From Callorhinchus milii (lineage: Eukaryota): a stretch of 64,000 bases of DNA. Shown piece by piece: positions 52,301-61,300 of the stretch. Each line of letters starts with the position of its first letter. Positions within the stretch are counted from its first letter, which is position 1. The translations under genes were made by a program, and so were the position numbers. The DNA is taken from contig NW_024704743.1 in assembly GCF_018977255.1 (NCBI RefSeq), positions 24,554,001-24,618,000 on the forward strand, in the 5' to 3' direction. The notes below the pieces were generated by a model, which did no database searches, was not told the origin of the DNA, and was given only the letters and a program-made list of their open reading frames with translations.

Positions 52301-55300
52301 GGTCATGATCAATTTTTGTGCTCACAGAATATTCTCAAATGTATTATAAATTCCGTTTTATTTAAACTCATAGACACATATACACATAAAAGGAAATGAC
52401 GGAAACAGGCTCAGAGGTCCATTGTGTTCACTCCTGGGATAAATCTGCCTTTTCACCACCCACTTAACAGTCCGACTGTTCTACCCTCATGTTTTTGACC
52501 ACCCAGTTTGTGGTTCTCCCTCGCCCGGGTGCTTGTTAAATAACCAGAGTGAGAAATTCAGAAGAATTTTTTGCAGGATGTTTTTAAAATCTCACTATTT
52601 ATATTGTTGCTTCATTCCAATTCAGAATAATTCTGGAAATGATTCACAGCAGAACTCTATGTATTAATACATGTTCTTTCTGTAAGTAGGAGTCAGTGCA
52701 CTTATCACTGTGACTCTGGAGGGTGCAGTGAACATTAAGAAGATTTCGCGTATCGAGTTTGGAAATGAATTTGGATACAAACAGCAGCTATTTATTGGAA
52801 TGCAGGATATTGGAGGTTCTTTGAAGCAAGAAATCGTAAGTGACCATGAGAGACGCAAGAAAGCATTGGATTGTGTGATATTCTGTCACTTTCTCTCAGC
52901 ACTTGGAATGTTAAAACCCAATCTATCCATTGAAATGTTTAACCACTTGCATTTATATAGCGCCCTCACTCAGGGTAGCATCCCACAGCGTTTGACAGTG
53001 GCTGAGCACGATGCCGAGCCCGGGAGAGATGGGAGGTGACCATAGGCACTGTCGAAGAGAAAGATCTTCAGGCGCGCCCTGCGAACCGGGAAGGAGGCGG
53101 CGAGGTGGAGGGATAGAGGAAGAGTGTTCCAGAGTTCCGGGGAGTAGTGGCTGAAAGTGCAGCCACCGATAGTGGAACAGAGCACGAGGGACAACAACAA
53201 CTTACACTTATATAGTGGCCTCCACACAGGTAGCGGCTCAGAGCGCCTGACAAGCAGGAGGCCAGAGCCAGTCGAGGGGAGTCGACATGTAGTGGGTTGG
53301 AAAGTAAGCAGGTGGGAGAGATAGGGAGGTGCCAGGGCAAGAAGGGATTTGAAGACAAGTTTGAGGATTTTGAAATAGATCCGTTTTTTGATAGGGAGGC
53401 TGTGGAGCATAGCAAGAACCAGTGTGATGGGGGTACGGAGTTTAGTGTGGGTAGGTATGGTTTACTCTTTATCAGGAGTTTGAAATTATTGTTGATACAT
53501 GATTCAGATATGGGACAGGAATAATATACTCTAAGCAAGAATTGATTATTCCCAGTTTTTATTTGATCATTTGTTTATTTCTTCTGTGCTGTGTTTCAAA
53601 ACCTCTTTTTCAGAGTGCAATTATGGAAAGAGACTGCTTTAATTTCCGTTGTATTTGCATTGGAGACCCGGGATTGCTTGGTGGTCAGGGATTTAGGGGG
53701 CCAAAGGTTAGTTACAATAAGTTAATAGCTGAATGATACAATAACTGAATATAGTTGCATTTTCAGTAACTTCCTCACGCATGTTATCAAGCAAAGGAAG
53801 CATTGGCCATTTCATTAAATGCTCAGCAACTGTGTTTCAGGGAAGCCATGGACTAAAAGGAACCCTGGGCTTTCCGGGAGAAGAAGGAGGAATGGTAAGT
53901 TGTTTTCTCTTTGCAGACTTTTGCAGGAAATTGCTATATTTTGTATTCCCCATTTTATCTTTATCAAATGGAATGGATGTTTTTTTTTGTTTGTGACCAT
54001 GCTTTCTGCAGTAAGCCGAGGAGAGTTAATACTCGTACAGATACATGCAAAAGAAGCCAACGTAAGGGTATCACATCATTGAGCCATTAGATGTTAGATT
54101 GTAGTTGGAAACTGCACATGACTTCAATCCAGGACTTCAGCACATTAAGTAACTCGAAGTTCACTGTACACTAGGCATTGCAGTCTAAAGAGTAAAACAG
54201 ATGTTGGTTATTCAATGCGGGGAAGTCACCAGTTTAGGTATTAGAATTCTCTGTCAGGGTTAGCCTCAGCGATCCTGCAAAGTCATTTTAAACTGATACC
54301 GTTCTTTTAGACAGAAATTGGGAGTGCATTTCAATTTTGGCTGTTTATTTGCAGCAGCTGAAAACTGAGTCATTATGTTAAAGTCATTTGCTATATTTGG
54401 ATAATTTTTGGAAGACCCTTCTCCAGAAATCCAACTGTGGTTTTGCCTTCATTTGAACACTGTGGAATGGCCATACCTACTGCATGACATTACAGAAATA
54501 TTTATTTTGTTATCTTTGTTTAGTCTGAGACAAAATTAATACATTTATAACGTCTGGCACAATTGATAATTCAGCAGCTTCATGCTCGTCCTCCAGTGAC
54601 TCCGGTGAATTGCTGGGAAAGTGCTGCTTTAGCAGAGCTAGCAGCTTTGGATGAGACGTTAAACCTGCTGTTAAAGTCAGGATGCTTCTTATAATTAACA
54701 TCAATGATAAGTTACCATATCACACACTGCACGTTCTCTCCCTAAAATGTTAAAAGCAGTCGAGCGAAACTCTGATTATTACTTTTCATTGCATCGGTCT
54801 GGGCTGTTAAAAAAATTCGCATTCAATACTAGATCCAATATTCAATGCCTGTCTATGCAATTAAGTGCTAAAACAAGAGCATTTGCTTTTGTTAATATTA
54901 TTGAGCCAGTTGTGTGTAATGTACCTTGCTCTTCATTAACCTTTGGAGGGAGAAATTCCACGTGTGTCTAAATTTCTTTTGTTAATATCTCAGAGCATCC
55001 AGAATTTGGCAAATTCATAAATACAGCCTTAATTTTGAAACCTTTTTACTTGTAAGTTTCTATAAGAAACCCAGTTTAAAAGTTAAGAGTGAATTCAACA
55101 ATTTACAATTTTCTGACTTACCTACAGACTCTTGTGAGTAAGATTAGGCTTTAGAAATAGTAAAGGATAAATTTATATCATTTGGTAAATTAATTCCCAT
55201 ACACAAAAGTTTTCAATTTGACTTGAATACTTGAGTCCCTCATCCCTCCCCAACCGGGTCAATTGGTAAAGCTATTGCTTTGAGTGAAATGTCCAGACTA

Positions 55301-58300
55301 GCCTGGAATGTCCAGGATTTTATCTCCAGCCTATGCTGAGTTATCTGAACTCGCCTGGGAATGCAGCAAAGGTGCTACAATTGACCTCAGCACTGAGGAG
55401 GCAAAGATTAGTAAGAGTTCCCATCGCTATCCAGCAATCCTACTAGAAAAAGCGAATGTGTGGACATTAAGTAAGAACAGGATTGGGCTTGTCTTTGAAT
55501 TGTAATTGCTTGAATTCCGCGAGCAGAAGGTAGTGAATGAGCCATATAAGCTGTAAGCATGATAAGAGATAAACGTGATAAATCTAAGATTTTTTAAAAA
55601 CATTCCAATTTGGGCCCAGTTCGGTTAGGTACAAATTCTGGATACCTGGAGTCCAGTAAGATGGGGAGTTACTGTATATGGATTTTAAATGGGATTGAGA
55701 AATTAAACCGAAAATATTAGAGACAGCGCCAAGACAGCAGAACAAGCTGGGACGTCTTGCAAAGGACATTTTTGGAACAGACAACTGGAATGAGTTATAA
55801 CCCTGGGTGGTTGAGGCCAGGATGTTGGATTCATTTAAGAAAGATAAGATTAAATAGGCTAAGTAGATGCTTGCGGTTTGGTGCGATTAGAAATTGCTGT
55901 TTAGTTTCACTGTGTTGCCTTCAACTTCCAATGTAAGCGAATTAGTGAAAGGAGTGATCATGCTAGAGGGAGAAGATTGAAAACCAAGGATATTTAAATT
56001 TTTCTCTGAAAAAAAATTCAAGTGGCTACATTCTTGGCAATAGATTGATTGGTGTGAAGGAATGTTCAATAGATCATGAGGTGTCAGCTCAACCAGTCTC
56101 AACATGTGGTCTCTTCACCCTGCCAGGAAATGCTCTCACCCAGCATTCAAACCTCTTACAAATCATAGACTTGAAAAGAAAAACACAGCTACTGATGAGC
56201 TGCATTCCCAAAATGTTATCCTTTCTTATTCAGACACGGGTTAATCTGCTGTGTGTTTGCAATTTGTTTTTAGCTTCTCAATCATTGTGCATTCTGTGTC
56301 AAATCCTTCAGTGTATTTTCAGATGTGATTTAATATGATGCCACACACACTCTGGTTGTAAGAAGAATCCTGTCCTTTGTATTCCATGCCCTTGTTCACA
56401 CCCAACCATCATTCTCCATCCCGACATCACCTCCAATGCAATCAGATCCCTCGTCCGCACCTTTGTCATTTCCATACATCTCCAACATCTTGTTCGCCAA
56501 TCCCTCCTAGCATGTCCCAGGTATCTAGCTCTACCCAGACTCAGGTGTCAGCCTGGTTTTCTTGGTAGCTCTCTTGTTTCAGAGTTCCAAGGTTGTGGGG
56601 TTAAGCCCACATTGGGATTTTGAACTCATAAACTATGCTGACGTTTCAGTGCAGTGGGTATGCTGCATTGTTTCAAGATGCCGTCCTTTGGATAACCGAG
56701 GTCTGGTCTGCCTGTTAAGGTGGATGTTAAAGATCCCATGGTGCTATTTGAGGAAAGAAAAGAGCTTTTCTCTGTGTCCCGGCCACCAGATATTCACTTC
56801 ATGGCTGTTCCTGAGTTATTGCTGTGTGTAAATTGGCTGCCGAATTTATCAACAAATGCAGTCACTACACTTTTCAGTAAAATCTTGTGAAGAGCTGTGA
56901 GGCATTTTGACAATGTGATTAAGTGCAATATCAAATTAGCCCAGTCCACCCCACCATTAATGGGTGCGTTTTCAAACCCTTTGTTCCACTCTCTGGGATT
57001 CTCTTCCTAAATCTCTCTATTTCCTTCACTCGGCTTTCAAACTCCATATTTGTCTGCGCCTCTGGCCACCTTCTGCCTATCCTCTCACCCTGCTGGGACT
57101 CCCACCCTGTCTCTGTAAAGCACTTCACTTAACAGATAAATAAGCAACTGTTTTAACTGATTCGAATATGTGTTAATAGACTGGGAAGAAGTCAATGTGG
57201 GTACAAATTGGAAGCAGATTGAAGAACTCAAGTGCACTAAATTAGATCGATTCGGTTTCTTTTTAATCTCTTCAAAAGAACCGAATTAAGACAATTACAA
57301 GATCACAAGAGAGGTTTAGAAGAACTACATTGAGCTCATTTCATAGTCATCTTACCAGAATATCCATCCTACACATTCCCATTACAGCATCTGTTTCTTA
57401 AATTAATTCAGTGTCTTGGCTTCTGCCTCACTACCAAGGAACCTGTTCCAGCAGCTGAAACTTGCAGCATGCCGCCCGCATGACTATTTTACACATGTAT
57501 AATGCAGCCCAGATGTGGCCTGCTGGCCGCATATTGGCCATCCCTTGTTCTCTTATGAGAGATCTCTTTTCAAGACTGAATAATAATAATAATAATCCTT
57601 GCATTTGATATTGCGCTTTTCAAGTCTTCTAGACATCCCAAAGCGCTTCACACAATATACTGTAAAGTGAATTGACTGTATATTTGTGGGCGAACGCAGC
57701 AGCCAATTGCGCACAGCAATGTCCCACAAACAGTCATGGATTGAAAATGACCGATTTATTATTGTTTTTGTTTTTTGGAAGGATTATTATTAGGTGTGTG
57801 GAGTAAAGAAACTTGCCCAAGGTTTCGCCCTGCCTGGAATTGAACTCAGGTCTCCCACTTGCAAAGCGAGTGCTCTAACCACTGAGCTACAGGACTCCAC
57901 ACCTAGCTTATCCACTTGTTCCTCATAGTTTATCTATCCAACATTGATGATCAGTCTTGTTGTTCGCCTCTGCACAGCCCCTAAAACCTGAACGATCCCT
58001 TTTTCAAAAGATCACAAGGTTCAAGTGAAGAAGGCCCTTTGATGCATTTAATCATGTCTCTCCATAATATCCAATGTACCTTCTTACCCTTTTTTAAAAA
58101 AAAATCCAATATTCTGGCCTTAACCAATCTTCCTGGTAACTCGTGTCAGTTGTTTATTTCCCACTGGATACAGAAATATTTCCTGGTGACAGTCCTGAAA
58201 TTGCACTTTACAATCCTAAACTTGTGTCCTCTTGGAATGTTGTGTCGGTGATGCAGTGTGAGTGCTCCTTAACACAACACTACGCTTTTTGCAAGTCTTC

Positions 58301-61300
58301 TGGAGATTTGAATAGTACAGATTTGGCAATGATATTCAGCATTCTGAAGGAAAAAAGGGCAAGGTTATTCTTCATATAAGCATCCAATGTCTGGGGCGTT
58401 GTATTAATCTGTGGTCTGATGTAGATGAGTTCATGCTGTAACTTGAAGAAAACAATGAACGAATATTGTGCTTTTTGCAGGGTGAGAGAGGGCCCCCAGG
58501 TTTCAATGGGACTCGAGGAGTTCAAGGATGCCCAGGTCCCAGAGGCCCCAAGGCAAGAAATATTTCAATCTGTGTAATTTATATTAATAACATTTAACAA
58601 ACATAACTATCTTTTGGAATACAGTTAAACTCAATCATATTAGGCGGGCCCATAACATTTAACATGACTTAAAATTCAGGCAAACTTGTGTAAGTCGTAT
58701 AAAATTAGCTGTAATCAATAATCTACACTTTGCATGCGCAATTCAGTGCAACCGATAAATGTGATTGCGGTAGTTTGTCAATGCAGCTGATAAGTGCGCT
58801 TGCGATGATGGGTCAAGACTTCTTGACCCGTCATTGGAATCGCATTGAATCCCAGGAAATAAAGTTCTTCTGCGCTTGCGTCGATAGATCAAGACTGCTT
58901 TTCCCGCAGCTGGTAAGTACGGGAGTAATGGAAGATAGGGAACAGCATTATGAGTTAAGAGATGATTAATATGACTAGTACAAATAAATCTAAATGCATT
59001 TGATAGGAAACTGATTGGGACTCAGGTGCATGTACAAATTAGGCGATTATACGATTTATGAAGACAAGATTTATAATTAACTACGTATATTTTACAGGGA
59101 GGAAGAGGACATCGAGGGCAGAAGGTAAATATGACATTTATTCTTAATTTAAAATAACCATAATAGCTGTAACCAAGAACACTGACATACTTGCTTACCT
59201 TACTATTTGTAATTTGATTAACAATGTAAATGATACTGTTTTCCTAACAGGGTCATGCCGGGGAGCATGGTATCAATGGAATCAATGGAGAACAGGTAAT
59301 TATTTTCTGAAATCAATTTTAACAGATAAATCTCTTGCAAACGGGATATAAATATTTATACAGTGTCTTGTTTTTTACAGGGCAATCATGGAATTCCTGG
59401 ATCCTTGGGTGAAAAAGGCTATCCTGGGAATCTGGTAAAATCCTTACTGTCATCCTTTAAATAACGTCCTTCAAGCTAACGATGGTGACGAAAATCCATT
59501 CAATGCAAAATTGCTTTGTTTCCATCAGATGCAATGATCAACGGATATCTCGCATTGAACAAACAGCTCACCAAACCAGTCATGAAAGTTGCCTCAAAGA
59601 CCAGACAAATTTCATGAAAACAAAATATTGGTATCATTACCTGAAGGGTGGGATTAGACACAGGAACGTAGGATTGTACAGGATCTCAAAAGACCATTGC
59701 ACTTCACTTGGTCAAAATAATCCTATACCACTACAACTCTCATACCCTTCAATCAAAATAGTGATCTTTTCCCTTTGGAAATTATGGTCACAATCTGCTA
59801 CTTTCGTCTCTCCAAAGAATCTATTCCACATAGTCACCACTCTCTGTGTAAAATAATTAAATCTGAAGTGCCTGTTCACCTTCTGTCTTCTGAGTTTGAC
59901 TCTGTGTCCCTTTGTTCTTCAGACCCTGTTAAAGATATTGGGATTCAGTTTCTTTATACTCTTTAGGATATTGGATCGTTCAACAAAATCTCCTTGAACT
60001 TTCTATTATTTAGTAAGAATATTCCCAACTTACTTTGGATAGGTTTGCTGATATTGAGGGATTCAGATAATATTGTAACAGTGAAATTTGAGTAGCTGAT
60101 CCAAATATCATAATTTTCCATGTGTGTTAATGTCTTGTGACAAACTCCACCTTATATTTCACAACGCAAAGCCGAGAAATAATTTTGCATCTGTCCCAAC
60201 TTTCAGCTGGGACACAGAATTCCAAGTGAACCATGTGCTTTGATTTAATATACCACATCCTGTATGAATGCCAGACCCATATTATTTTTATTGCACAAGC
60301 CACTGAGGACTATTTAAGTGATTGTGCTGTACAACAGATTTTTATCTCTCCTTTCAGTGAATTACACATGTCTTTGTGGAGTATTTATATTTATAGTTAT
60401 TTTTTCCACTCATTGCATTCAGTTTTCAAAGGCCACATCTTTGTCCCTCCAGCTGGACAAGCAAGCAGGAAGTGTACTTCCTTTTGGGCTACTACAAGAT
60501 GTGCCTCTGACAACTCTATGAGTTTTCCCTGTAGACTACAGGTTTTTAGGTCCATCTATGGGTCTACAAGGGAAGCTCAACAGGCTTCGGGGGAAAATAT
60601 TCTAGAACAGAGATCGCATTGGAGTTTTTAAAAATGTGTACAGACTAAATGATCATGTCGAACACTGACCAGTCAACTGGGATGTTTCATTTCCATCCAA
60701 TCCCCAAGATATATCAATCTACTGGCGTGTTTCATTTCTGATTGGCAGATCATGTGGGTTGAACCAAAATGAAACATGTAAATGACTGGTTCATTTCACG
60801 CATGATCAACCGATGACAAAATTTAAATTAAAAATTTATGGCGCTAACAATCTACAGTTCTTTTAACAAATCAACATTTTTTGCTGAACGTCTACTGTTT
60901 TTTTGTTCTGCAAGGTTAGCAGGTATGAAAGCAGCTGGAAGTGACCAACTTTCAATTATTCAATTTCTTGCTGTAGCAAAGCAGTTGTTCTCATTATAAA
61001 TGAATTCCAGCAAAGCTAATTATTTCACTAACCAGTGAAATTTCATCCCCCTAGATTGCTGATTTGCGTATATCGGTATATTTATTTGGGAGGTGTGTGT
61101 TTATAATGGGATTTTCTCAAAGGTTTTAACAGCTGCAGACAAGGGAATAATAATACACACAATGTCATTATACACGACAAGTCCCATTAAGTCTGTTCAT
61201 TGACTCTCACTGATTGTTTGCTTAAACTCAAGAAAAAGGAGGGTGGCTGAAGGCGCGGTCGAAAAGAAGGGTCTTGAGAAGTGCCTTGAAGGAGACAAGG

